A stretch of 64,000 nt of DNA from a virus. The DNA lies in the IMG/VR virus record IMGVR_UViG_3300045988_112022. One strand, written 5' to 3'. Under the pieces are notes generated by a model that was given only the letters and a program-made list of their open reading frames with translations, ran no database searches and was not told where the DNA came from. Both the position numbers and the translations under genes were made by a program. This document shows positions 49,271-59,097 of the stretch, piece after piece (position 1 is the stretch's first letter; each line of letters starts with the position of its first letter).

Positions 49271-49648
49271 ATGATTGAATTCAGACAAAAGGGAGATTTC
49301 TCAAAACTCTCGAGATATCTCGAAAGAGTTAAGGAAGCGGCTAAAATCGGCGACCTGGATAAGTATGGGCGAGCTGGCGTAGCCGCCCTTTCGTCTGCAA
49401 CGCCGACTGATACCGGTAAGACTGCCGCTTCATGGACATACGTGATAAAACGTCAAAATGGATCTGTATCCATAGAATTTCATAACACCAATGTTAACAA
49501 AGGAATTCCAATCGCTATTATTTTGCAGTATGGACATGCGACTGGAACCGGAGGCTGGGTAGAAGGAAGAGATTACATCAATCCTGCTATTCAGCCTATT
49601 TTTGACCAAATTGCTGAAAGCGCATGGAAGGAGGTTACTAAGAAATGA
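49271..49648 (+). CDS. HK97 gp10-like tail-completion family protein
   Basis: LDKYGRAGVAALSSATPTDTGKTAASW...ILQYGH. Confidence 0.55.
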   Translation: MIEFRQKGDFSKLSRYLERVKEAAKIGDLDKYGRAGVAALSSATPTDTGKTAASWTYVIKRQNGSVSIEFHNTNVNKGIPIAIILQYGHATGTGGWVEGRDYINPAIQPIFDQIAESAWKEVTKK

Positions 49649-52600
49649 GTGAAACTATAGATAGCAAAGTCGTCGAAATGCGGTTTGACAATAAGGACTT
49701 CGAGGCAAATACTCGAACCACAATGTCAACCCTCGATAAGCTTAAAGCAAAACTTCATTTTCCAGGAGCCTCCAAAGGTCTTGAGGAAATAGGGCAGACT
49801 GCTAAGAGAGTCGATTTCTCCGGTATGAGTAGCGGTATTCAAACTGTTCAGATGAAATTTTCTGCTCTACAGGTAATGGGTATCACTGCGCTACAGAACA
49901 TTACTAATGCCGCGATATCCGCTGGCAAACAGCTTACTGATGCCATCACGATTGATCCGGTGAAAGATGGATTTGCTGAGTATGAAACCCAGATGAATTC
50001 AGTTCAGACCATTCTGGCGAATACCCAGAAAGAGGGTACGAATGTTCAGACTGTCAATAAAGCTTTGGATGAATTGAATACATATGCTGATAAAACCATC
50101 TACAATTTTACCGAAATGACCCGTAACATTGGTACATTCACTGCAGCTGGTGTAAAACTGGACGCTTCGGTATCGGCAATCAAGGGTATTGCCAATCTTG
50201 CAGCCGTATCCGGTTCGAATTCTCAGCAGGCCTCTACAGCAATGTATCAGTTATCTCAGGCTTTGGCTGCCGGTAAAGTTCAGCTCATGGACTGGAATTC
50301 AGTCGTTAATGCCGGAATGGGCGGTCAAGTATTTCAGGACGCCCTTATTCGAACCTCCGAGCATTTACAAACTGGCGCGAAGGCAGCGATTGAAGCCAAA
50401 GGATCGTTTAGAGAGTCGTTGCAGGATGAATGGCTTACGACAGAAGTGCTTACTCAGACGCTTGATCAGTTTGCTACAGCAGCTGATACTCAGGAAGAAT
50501 ATAATGCGGCTGTTAAAAAGTTTGTTGATCAGGGATACACCCAGGAACAGGCGAAAGAGATGGCTGACATGGCGAAAACAGCAGGTGACGCAGCCACTAA
50601 AGTTAAAACTTTTTCCCAGCTCATAGATACTCTGAAAGAGGCATTAGGCTCCGGATGGACAAAAACCTGGCAGCTTATCATAGGTGACTTTGACGAAGCC
50701 AAAGAAGTTTGGACCAAAGTGAGTGATGTACTCGGCGGTTTCATTAATAAAGCTTCCGATGCTCGTAACGCTATTGTGGAAGCAGCTATGGGTAATCCGT
50801 ATAGTAACCTTGCTAAAAATATTCAGAAAGTAACAAGCGCCACAAGTGACTACAAAGACATTGTTGACTCCGTTATCAAAGGCGATTACGGGAATGGTCA
50901 GCCTAGATTCGATAAGCTTACTGCTGAAGGTCATGACTGGGCAAGAGTCCAGAATCTGGTTAATGAGCGGCTTGGATGTTCCTTCCGATACACCGAAGAA
51001 CTCACCACTTCACAGGAAGACCTTAATAAAGAGCAGGCAAAGACAATCGATCAAATCCTCAAAATGTCAGACGCGGAGTTAACGAAAAATGGCCTCACGA
51101 AAGAAGACGTGAAGGCTCTTAAAGAACTTCAGAAACAGTCCGAAAAGACAGGAATACCCATCAATGACCTCATCAACGATATGGATAAATTGAGTGGTAA
51201 AGAATTGCTTCACGGCTCCGTAGCTAACATGGGAAATGCATTAATCAATCTTTTCACCGAAATACATAATGCTTGGCAGAAAGTGTTTGATCCAGTTTCG
51301 GCAATGACGTTATATAACATCATCGCAAGTATGCATGGAGTCACTTCGAAATTCCTGAAATTCACCAAAGATAACGGTGATGAGCTTACTAGGACATTGG
51401 CTGGCGTATTTGCGGCTCTTGATATTATCAGACAGTGCTTAGGCGGATCGCTCAAATTTTCGATTAAAGCCATCAATGCAGTTCTCAGTGTATTCGGTAT
51501 GAATACGTTGGATCTCACTGCAGATTTGGGCGATTTGCTTGTGAAATTTGATAAATGGCTGAAGAAAACCGATCCGTTTACGCAGGGATTTACGAAAGTT
51601 GGCGAAGGAATAAAATTCGTAGTTGAGCAGTTCGATAAATTCGTTGCTTTTCTAAATACTATTCCAGAGTTTCAGGCATTCACTGCAGAATTGAATAGTT
51701 TCAAAGAATCTATTAAGGGGTTATCGTTCGAAGACATACAAAAGAATTTTGAAAAGTTCGTATCATATATCGAAAGTATACTTCCGAAAAGTATGAAAAA
51801 TGTCGGTAAAAATGTTATTTCCGGATTCAAAAACGGATTGTCTTCTGGTAAAACGGAGATTCCTAAAATATTAGCCGACATTGGCATACGACTCCTTAAA
51901 GCAATCAAGAAAGTGCTTGGAATTCATTCACCATCCAAAGAGATGGAAGCAGTAGGCGAGAACACCCTTTCTGGTTTGTGGAATGGTCTTATATCAGGAA
52001 GAATCAAGATCGTCGATTTCTTTAAAACTCTTGGTTCGGACATGCTTAATGGATTACAAAGCATCGATTGGGACAATGTAGTCGCTGGTGGAATCGGAGT
52101 CGGACTTGTATGGGGGTTAAAGAAACTTTATGATATCGCAGATAAAGCACTTAGTCCCGCTGAGGGAATCGGAAAAGTTTTATCTGGAGTAGGAGAAGTA
52201 GTTGAGAAATCTGCGGATAAAATCCCCAAAATTCTCAATAACGCTTCTAAAGTTGTAAAAAGTTTCTCCAAAGTCTTGAAAGCGAAAGCATTTAAAACGC
52301 GTATGGAGGGTGTGAAAGATTTAGCTATCTCCATCGCTATTTTGGCCGGATCGTTATGGGTGTTATCGACAATAAATACGGACGCACTTCACAATGCAGA
52401 AGAAGCTATGCTTATTCTTGGTGGAACTTTAGCAGTTATGACATGGGTTATGGATAAACTTTCGTCAGCGTCTGCATCTGTTGGAAAAGATGGAATTCAG
52501 ATCAACGGGTTGAAAACTGGATTAGCTGGTCTTGGTATAGCAGTATTGCTTATAGCCGAGTCAGTTAAGATACTAGGAAAGCTAAACGAAGATGAAATAA

Positions 52601-55600
52601 ATCAGGGGATGGAATGCGCGGGACTTTTGTTGCTTGGAATTACCGGTATTTTATTCATGTACGGAGAGCTCGTGAAAGGTGAAGCTGCTAAAAATATTGA
52701 TAAAGCTGGAAAAATGATAAGCAAGATTGGTAAAACCATGTTGCTTATAGTAGGCGTTATCAAGCTATTCAGTATGTTATCAGTAGGTGAGGTTGAGAAT
52801 GGTCTTAATTTCGCAGGCGTATTCTTAGGATTTGTTATTGCGTATTTAGCTATATCGAATCTAGCTGGAGATAAAATAGACTCTGTTGGCAAAATGGTAA
52901 AATCCATAGTAGTTTCCATGGGTCTTATGGTTGGGGTAGTGAAACTTGTGTCTAAACTGGAACCAGGTGAAATGGGTAAAGGTGCTGCTTTTGCTGCCGT
53001 TTTCGCTGGCTTTGTGTGGTTGCTTGTGAAAATCACAAAATCCAATGAGAAAATAATGGATGGTCTGGGTAAATTGTTATTATCAGTGTCTGCGTCGATG
53101 CTAATTATGGTTGGAGTAGCGAAACTTGCGGGACAGCTTAGTATGGGCGAAATCGTAAAGGCTATAGCATTCGCTGGTGCTTTTCTTCTATTCATAAAAG
53201 CTCTGAAAAAGATTACGACTGATAGCGGCACTGGCGAAACTGTAAAACTTGCCGGAACCGTACTCGCAGTATCCGTCGCAATCGGTATTCTTGCCGGAAT
53301 AGCAGTATTGCTCGGTCTTGTTGATACCAAGCAATTGGTAAAAGGTGTTCTAGCTGTTACTTTACTCGGAGCAATCATGACAGCAATGATCTGGGCGACC
53401 AGAGGGGCTAATGATGTTAAAGGCAATGTCATCGCTATGGCAGTTGCTATTGGCGTGATGGCGGCCGCAGTTGCAGCTTTATCCATGATTGATTCAACAA
53501 AACTCGCCATTGCGACAGCATGTTTAGGATCTCTCATTGGTATGTTTGCTCTCATAGAGTTAGCTGGAAGTAAAGCAAAAGGATCTATTGCCATGATAGC
53601 CACAATGGTCATAGCAGTTGCAGCTCTTGCCGGAATCCTAGGAGTGATGTCAGCTCTTCAAGTTGAAAATGCTTTGCCAAATGCTTTGGCATTATCAACC
53701 TTACTTTTATCTTTATCCGTATCTATGGCGATTATTGGTAAAGTTGGGACAATAAGCGCTAAAGCATTGATTTCCGTCGGAGTAATGACACTGGTAGTAG
53801 CAGCTCTTGCTGGAATACTATATCTAATACGAGATTTAAACCCAGAATCTTCTATCGGGAATGCAGAAGCGTTATCTATGTTACTTTTATCATTGTCTGC
53901 ATCTTGTGGTATTTTAGCGGCTGTAGGATTAGCTGGGACTGCCGGTTTTGCTGGCATTGGTGTTTTAGCGGCATTGATAGCCGCAGTCGGAGCTATCGTA
54001 GTCGCTATTGGTGCATTATTTAAAAAAGTTCCCGCGTTGGAAGGTTTCTTGGATAAGGGTATTCCGATACTACAGAAGATAGGTTATGCGTTGGGATCAT
54101 TCCTCGGAAATATTGTAGGAGGATTCACAGAAGGAGCTACATCAGGACTCCCTGGAGTGGGTAAAAACCTCTCTGACTTCATGAAGAACGCTCAGCCATT
54201 TATTGATGGGGCGAAGGGAATCGATTCATCAGTCACGACAGGTATCACTTCATTATGTAAGGCAATTCTTGCCCTGACCGGAACTGATCTTCTCAATGCA
54301 ATAGCATCTTTCGTAACAGGCGGAGCATCTTTCGTCAAAATGGGTGAGCAACTTAAACCATTTGGTGAAGCATTATCTGATTATGCACAGAGCGTAAAAG
54401 GAATTAATGCAAAAGATATCCAGGCATCCGCAAAAGCGACAAAAGCTCTGGTTTCCTTGAACGATGCTCTTCCGAAGAGTGGCGGTTTCCTTGGTGCGTT
54501 GCTGGGAAATAGCGACCTGTCAAATCTTGGCAATCAGCTTAAACCATTCGGTGAAGCGTTATCCGATTATTCGAATTCAGTAGCTAATGTGAATCCGGAT
54601 AAAGTAGCCAATGCATCTACGGCGGTAAAAAGCCTTGTTGAAGCTATTAATGCTACGGATTCTGTGAAAGCTACAGGCACAAGCACTTTCGTACAAGCTG
54701 TCGATACACTTGCGGAAACTAACATCAGTGGATTCGTGTCCGCATTCAAAGGCTCTTCATCAAAGGTGCGGAATGTTGGAAGCACATTGACCTCCGCTCT
54801 TGCCAGTGGTGTGAAATTGAAATCCAACACACTTTCGGCTACAGCATCCAACATGGCTGAATCTATGAAAAACTCCATCGCTTCAAAAGATAAAGAGTTT
54901 CAGAAGGTCGGTGTAGCATTGATTTCAGCTCTCGTGATAGGTATTCAGACTCAGGCTAATCAGGCAGTTAACGCGGCAAACTATGTTGGAGCATCTGCAG
55001 CGAACGGCTCTGGTCAAGCTTATACCAGCTTCTATATGAACGGTATCAATCTTGGTAGAGGTCTGGTGCTGGGTATGAATGCTATGCAGCAATCTGCTTA
55101 TAATTCCGGTTACGCGCTCGGTCAAGCTGCGGTTAGAGGTGAAAAGGATGGACAGAAATCGCATTCACCTTCTAAACTCACCATTCAAGCAGGTAAATGG
55201 CTCGGCGAGGGTCTGATCATAGGTATGAATGCCATGGAGTCGAAGACATACGGCGCTGGTAAGAGCATGGGCGAAACAGCTTTCGATTCGATTCGTAGCG
55301 CTCTTTCCGGAATGAATGACATCATTGATTCTGATATGGACACTACACCAACCATTCGACCCGTACTAGATCTCACGAATGTAAAAGCGACCGCTGGGAA
55401 ACTCAATGGTTTATTTACTGACCCAGCGTTTACCCCGCTGACAAATCTCCGAGCAATCGGTAATATATCAGCACGCAACAATCAAAATGGAAATTCCGAC
55501 GAAGTGGTCAGAGCAATTAACCGACTCGGTAAGAGTCTTAATAATGTCGGAAACACATATAACAGCATCAACAGCGTTACTTACGATAATGGTAGCGAAA

Positions 55601-55656
55601 TTTCCAATGCTGTTGAAACACTTGTCAGGGCAGCAACGGTAGGAAGGAGGCGATAA
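49645..55656 (+). CDS. tape measure protein (2003 aa) with very long hydrophobic core
   Basis: Size and position. N-terminal MSETIDSKVVEMRFDNKDFE is a typical TMP start. The hydrophobic helices explain the long shadow ORFs on the minus strand. Confidence 0.9.
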   Translation: MSETIDSKVVEMRFDNKDFEANTRTTMSTLDKLKAKLHFPGASKGLEEIGQTAKRVDFSGMSSGIQTVQMKFSALQVMGITALQNITNAAISAGKQLTDAITIDPVKDGFAEYETQMNSVQTILANTQKEGTNVQTVNKALDELNTYADKTIYNFTEMTRNIGTFTAAGVKLDASVSAIKGIANLAAVSGSNSQQASTAMYQLSQALAAGKVQLMDWNSVVNAGMGGQVFQDALIRTSEHLQTGAKAAIEAKGSFRESLQDEWLTTEVLTQTLDQFATAADTQEEYNAAVKKFVDQGYTQEQAKEMADMAKTAGDAATKVKTFSQLIDTLKEALGSGWTKTWQLIIGDFDEAKEVWTKVSDVLGGFINKASDARNAIVEAAMGNPYSNLAKNIQKVTSATSDYKDIVDSVIKGDYGNGQPRFDKLTAEGHDWARVQNLVNERLGCSFRYTEELTTSQEDLNKEQAKTIDQILKMSDAELTKNGLTKEDVKALKELQKQSEKTGIPINDLINDMDKLSGKELLHGSVANMGNALINLFTEIHNAWQKVFDPVSAMTLYNIIASMHGVTSKFLKFTKDNGDELTRTLAGVFAALDIIRQCLGGSLKFSIKAINAVLSVFGMNTLDLTADLGDLLVKFDKWLKKTDPFTQGFTKVGEGIKFVVEQFDKFVAFLNTIPEFQAFTAELNSFKESIKGLSFEDIQKNFEKFVSYIESILPKSMKNVGKNVISGFKNGLSSGKTEIPKILADIGIRLLKAIKKVLGIHSPSKEMEAVGENTLSGLWNGLISGRIKIVDFFKTLGSDMLNGLQSIDWDNVVAGGIGVGLVWGLKKLYDIADKALSPAEGIGKVLSGVGEVVEKSADKIPKILNNASKVVKSFSKVLKAKAFKTRMEGVKDLAISIAILAGSLWVLSTINTDALHNAEEAMLILGGTLAVMTWVMDKLSSASASVGKDGIQINGLKTGLAGLGIAVLLIAESVKILGKLNEDEINQGMECAGLLLLGITGILFMYGELVKGEAAKNIDKAGKMISKIGKTMLLIVGVIKLFSMLSVGEVENGLNFAGVFLGFVIAYLAISNLAGDKIDSVGKMVKSIVVSMGLMVGVVKLVSKLEPGEMGKGAAFAAVFAGFVWLLVKITKSNEKIMDGLGKLLLSVSASMLIMVGVAKLAGQLSMGEIVKAIAFAGAFLLFIKALKKITTDSGTGETVKLAGTVLAVSVAIGILAGIAVLLGLVDTKQLVKGVLAVTLLGAIMTAMIWATRGANDVKGNVIAMAVAIGVMAAAVAALSMIDSTKLAIATACLGSLIGMFALIELAGSKAKGSIAMIATMVIAVAALAGILGVMSALQVENALPNALALSTLLLSLSVSMAIIGKVGTISAKALISVGVMTLVVAALAGILYLIRDLNPESSIGNAEALSMLLLSLSASCGILAAVGLAGTAGFAGIGVLAALIAAVGAIVVAIGALFKKVPALEGFLDKGIPILQKIGYALGSFLGNIVGGFTEGATSGLPGVGKNLSDFMKNAQPFIDGAKGIDSSVTTGITSLCKAILALTGTDLLNAIASFVTGGASFVKMGEQLKPFGEALSDYAQSVKGINAKDIQASAKATKALVSLNDALPKSGGFLGALLGNSDLSNLGNQLKPFGEALSDYSNSVANVNPDKVANASTAVKSLVEAINATDSVKATGTSTFVQAVDTLAETNISGFVSAFKGSSSKVRNVGSTLTSALASGVKLKSNTLSATASNMAESMKNSIASKDKEFQKVGVALISALVIGIQTQANQAVNAANYVGASAANGSGQAYTSFYMNGINLGRGLVLGMNAMQQSAYNSGYALGQAAVRGEKDGQKSHSPSKLTIQAGKWLGEGLIIGMNAMESKTYGAGKSMGETAFDSIRSALSGMNDIIDSDMDTTPTIRPVLDLTNVKATAGKLNGLFTDPAFTPLTNLRAIGNISARNNQNGNSDEVVRAINRLGKSLNNVGNTYNSINSVTYDNGSEISNAVETLVRAATVGRRR

Positions 55657-55658
55657 TC

Positions 55659-58031
55659 TTGGCAGATGAATTTACTGATGGTGGTTCTGGTGAAGGATAT
55701 TATGTCGTCAGATTTCTAGGCGCGGTAAATATAACCAAGTTTGGACTTCAGACGGGTACCGACAGAACCGTATATGTAACATGGAGTTGGGGCGGAGACC
55801 ATACGAAAGAATATCATGTTATTTGGTACTACTATACCGGGAACGGAGTAGCTTTCGTAGGCGATGATTCGACAACTACTTCAAACCAAAGTAGTTACAC
55901 AGCACCATCCAATGCAACTTCAGTAAAAGTCAAAATTAGACCAGTATCTGAGACCACTCAGGTAAACGGACATGATTCCGTATATTGGTCATCCATGTGG
56001 TCTACATTAAAAGGTTACTCCTTCTCACATAACCCTCCAACCAAACCGTCCGCCCCGACAGTGACAATTGAAAAACAGAAGCTTACCGCTAAGTTAGACA
56101 ATCTCAGCGTGAATGGCACCCGGATTGAATTCTATGTCGTAAAAAACAATTTAAAGAAGTATAAATCCGGAAAGGCTGTTATTCATACGAACTCTGCGTC
56201 GTGGTCATGCACCGTGGCTAATGGCGCGGAGTATAAAGTAAAATGTCGAGCATGGAGAGGTAATCAATACAGCGAATGGTCTGAGTATTCATCTAACGCA
56301 TCGTCCGGACCCGCGACTCCGAAACAAATAAAAACTCTGAAGGCGCTTTCTGATACCGGAGTATTAGTCACATGGGTGAAAGTTAGTGGATGTACAAAAT
56401 ACGAAGTGCAGTATGCCACGAATCGAACCTACTTTGACAGTAATCCGGATCAGGTACATTCTCGGACTGTTGAAAATGTAACACATACCGAAATCACGGG
56501 TATCGAAACCGGGTATCAGTATTTTTTCCGATTAAGAGCATACAACAGCAACGATCAGGTTTCTGGCTGGTCGGCTATTAAATCACTCAAGCTCGGTAAA
56601 GCCCCGGGGGCACCTACTACTTGGTCGTCAACAACAACCGCTACAGTAGGAGAGAGTGTTCGGTTATATTGGGTTCATAATTCTGAAGATAATTCAAGTC
56701 AGACTTATGCTCAGTTAGAAACAACCATCAACGGAACGACGAAAACAGAAACTATAAAGAATACAAAAACTGGCGACAACATTGATGACACAAGCTATAA
56801 ATCTTTAAGCACAACAGCTTATACCGAGGGAACCACTATTCTATGGAGAATGCGTACAGCAGGCGTAACCGGTAAATATGGAGCTTGGTCTGTACAAAGA
56901 ACGATCAATGTATACGCCGTCCCAACCGTGCAGCTCAACGTGACCGATTCGACAGGTTCAGAAGTAACCACTCTTGAGTCTTTCCCGTTTTATATTAAAG
57001 CGGAAACCGCGCCGAACACCCAGTCGGTATTGAGTTACCACGTGTCGATTACATCTACTCAGGCTTATAGTACGAGTGATCGCACAGGCACTGAAACAGT
57101 AATCAGTAGAGGTCAGGAAGTATATTCCGGATTCTATGAAATGAACAACGATATATTTACTGATGGTGTGCAGAATCTACTTGTCGAACTGAATGCTGGC
57201 AACATTGATCTGGAGAACAACATCACTTATAAAGTGACTTGCACAGCCTCCTTTGATTCAGGATTGACTGCAAGTGCGGAGTCTGAATTTGATGTGGGAT
57301 GGACTGAGCAAACTTACGGCATTAATGCGGAAATAGGGTATAACTCAGATACGTATGCTTGCTCTATTAGGGCATATTGTGTCGATGAAAAGAATAATCT
57401 CATCCCTGGAGTTACACTCGCTATTTACCGGCGTGATTATACCGGTGAATTAATTGAGATAGCCAACGGCTTAGACAACTCATCATACACATACGTGACC
57501 GACCCACATCCGGCTCTTGATTATGGCAGATACCGGATAGTAGCAACTGAAGTGTCAACAGGCGCAATAAGTTATTACGATGTTCCGCCATATCCAATAA
57601 AAGAGACATCCATAATCATACAGTGGGAGGAAACCTGGGATAATCTTGTAACGGAAGGTCTTAACGAAAGGGACATCGTCATGGAGCCATTATGGTCCGG
57701 ATCACTCGTAAAACTTCCTTATAATATAGATGTTTCGGATAAAAACGGAGTTGATGTCAGTCTTGTCGAATACATAGGGCGAAAACGTCCCGTATCATAC
57801 TATGGCACTCAGTTGGGTGAAACGTCCTCCTGGAAAACAGAAATCCCAAGATGGGATATTGATACATTGTATGCATTGCGTAGGCTGGCCGTCTACACTG
57901 GTGACGTTTATATCAGGGAACCGTCCGGAACCGGATACTGGGCAAATGTTGCGGTGTCAATCAGTCAGACACATTGTGAAGTTAAGATACCTGTATCGTT
58001 TGATATAACAAGGGTAGAAGGAGGAATTTAA
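55659..58031 (+). CDS. distal tail protein (Dit-like) extended by fibronectin-III-like repeats
   Basis: TTG start after GGAAGGAGG. Repeated W..W.....Y.V blocks (YHVIWYY, YEVQYATN, FFRLRAYN). C-terminal YGTQLGETSSWKTEIP...GDVYIREPSGTGYWANV. Confidence 0.65.
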   Translation: MADEFTDGGSGEGYYVVRFLGAVNITKFGLQTGTDRTVYVTWSWGGDHTKEYHVIWYYYTGNGVAFVGDDSTTTSNQSSYTAPSNATSVKVKIRPVSETTQVNGHDSVYWSSMWSTLKGYSFSHNPPTKPSAPTVTIEKQKLTAKLDNLSVNGTRIEFYVVKNNLKKYKSGKAVIHTNSASWSCTVANGAEYKVKCRAWRGNQYSEWSEYSSNASSGPATPKQIKTLKALSDTGVLVTWVKVSGCTKYEVQYATNRTYFDSNPDQVHSRTVENVTHTEITGIETGYQYFFRLRAYNSNDQVSGWSAIKSLKLGKAPGAPTTWSSTTTATVGESVRLYWVHNSEDNSSQTYAQLETTINGTTKTETIKNTKTGDNIDDTSYKSLSTTAYTEGTTILWRMRTAGVTGKYGAWSVQRTINVYAVPTVQLNVTDSTGSEVTTLESFPFYIKAETAPNTQSVLSYHVSITSTQAYSTSDRTGTETVISRGQEVYSGFYEMNNDIFTDGVQNLLVELNAGNIDLENNITYKVTCTASFDSGLTASAESEFDVGWTEQTYGINAEIGYNSDTYACSIRAYCVDEKNNLIPGVTLAIYRRDYTGELIEIANGLDNSSYTYVTDPHPALDYGRYRIVATEVSTGAISYYDVPPYPIKETSIIIQWEETWDNLVTEGLNERDIVMEPLWSGSLVKLPYNIDVSDKNGVDVSLVEYIGRKRPVSYYGTQLGETSSWKTEIPRWDIDTLYALRRLAVYTGDVYIREPSGTGYWANVAVSISQTHCEVKIPVSFDITRVEGGI

Positions 58032-58032
58032 C

Positions 58033-59091
58033 ATGCCAGACTGGACCAAGTCTATGGAGCAGACTTTTGAGTATTACGTCGTAGACCCTGGGACCTGGTG
58101 TGATAAATCCCAGATAAAGGACATAATACAAAGCAGTATTGAATGGGATGCAGACGCTGATACGCTTGGCTCTGCATCTTTTGACGTAGGTAGTGTGCTT
58201 GGTGAATGCTATGTTCGTACATACCTCATAACAATTCAAAATGGAATAAGAGAAAAGTTTCCAATGGGCACTTTCTTGGTCCAGACCCCAAAATCATCTT
58301 TTGATGGTCGGTATCAGAAGGTGTCCATTGATGCTTATACACCATTATTGGAATTGAAGGAAGGCATTCCTCCTCTAGGATATTCAATTCTGAAAAACGG
58401 GAATGTAATGAGTAATGCTTATAAGATTATAAGTGAAAATATGCGAGCACCGGTTATAAAAACCGCAAGCGATGATAAACTCTACAACGATTTTGTAGCA
58501 AACACCAGTGATACCTGGTTAACCTTTACAAAAGATCTGTTATCAAATGCAAAATACAATCTAGGACTTGATGAAATAGGCCGTGTTCTTTTCCTTCCGG
58601 ATCAGGATGCGGCTTCTTTACAACCCGTTTGGACTTACACCGATGATAACAGCTCAATTCTATATCCGGACATGAGTGTCGAGCATGATATTTACGGAAT
58701 CCCGAATGTAGTAGAAGTCTATTATTCAGGAAGTCATGACAACTACTTTGCAAGAGTCGTTAATGATGATCCAAACAGTCCTACTTCAACAGTTAATCGT
58801 GGACGAGAAATTGTTCATAGAGAGACCGATCCGCAATTCTCAGGAGAACCAACAAACCGTCAGGTCAAGGATTACGCCACATCTTTATTATCCCAGCTTT
58901 CATCAGTTGAATACACAATTTCATATTCGCACGGATATTGCCCGGTTCGTCTGTACGATTGCGTAAGGCTGAATTACGAACGAGCTGGGCTAATGGATAT
59001 TAAAGCAAAAGTCACAAGACAGTCGATTGAGTGTAAACCGGGATGCAAAGTGACTGAAACCGCAGTATTTACAACAAATTTATGGAGGTGA
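58033..59091 (+). CDS. tail-associated / baseplate hub protein (Tal-like)
   Basis: Called from its position after the Dit-like gene. 352 aa. Confidence 0.55.
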   Translation: MPDWTKSMEQTFEYYVVDPGTWCDKSQIKDIIQSSIEWDADADTLGSASFDVGSVLGECYVRTYLITIQNGIREKFPMGTFLVQTPKSSFDGRYQKVSIDAYTPLLELKEGIPPLGYSILKNGNVMSNAYKIISENMRAPVIKTASDDKLYNDFVANTSDTWLTFTKDLLSNAKYNLGLDEIGRVLFLPDQDAASLQPVWTYTDDNSSILYPDMSVEHDIYGIPNVVEVYYSGSHDNYFARVVNDDPNSPTSTVNRGREIVHRETDPQFSGEPTNRQVKDYATSLLSQLSSVEYTISYSHGYCPVRLYDCVRLNYERAGLMDIKAKVTRQSIECKPGCKVTETAVFTTNLWR

Positions 59092-59097
59092 TGTTTC

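Noticed and set aside
52602-53612. 336-aa minus-strand ORF, plus similar minus-strand ORFs at 43843-44829, 36185-36805, 41244-41765, 15740-16231 and 61528-62088.
   Set aside because: All lie antisense inside long, well-supported + strand genes (TMP, capsid, RNAP-like, terL, polymerase, fibre). None has an RBS. Their low-complexity composition mirrors the sense strand, so they are shadow ORFs.
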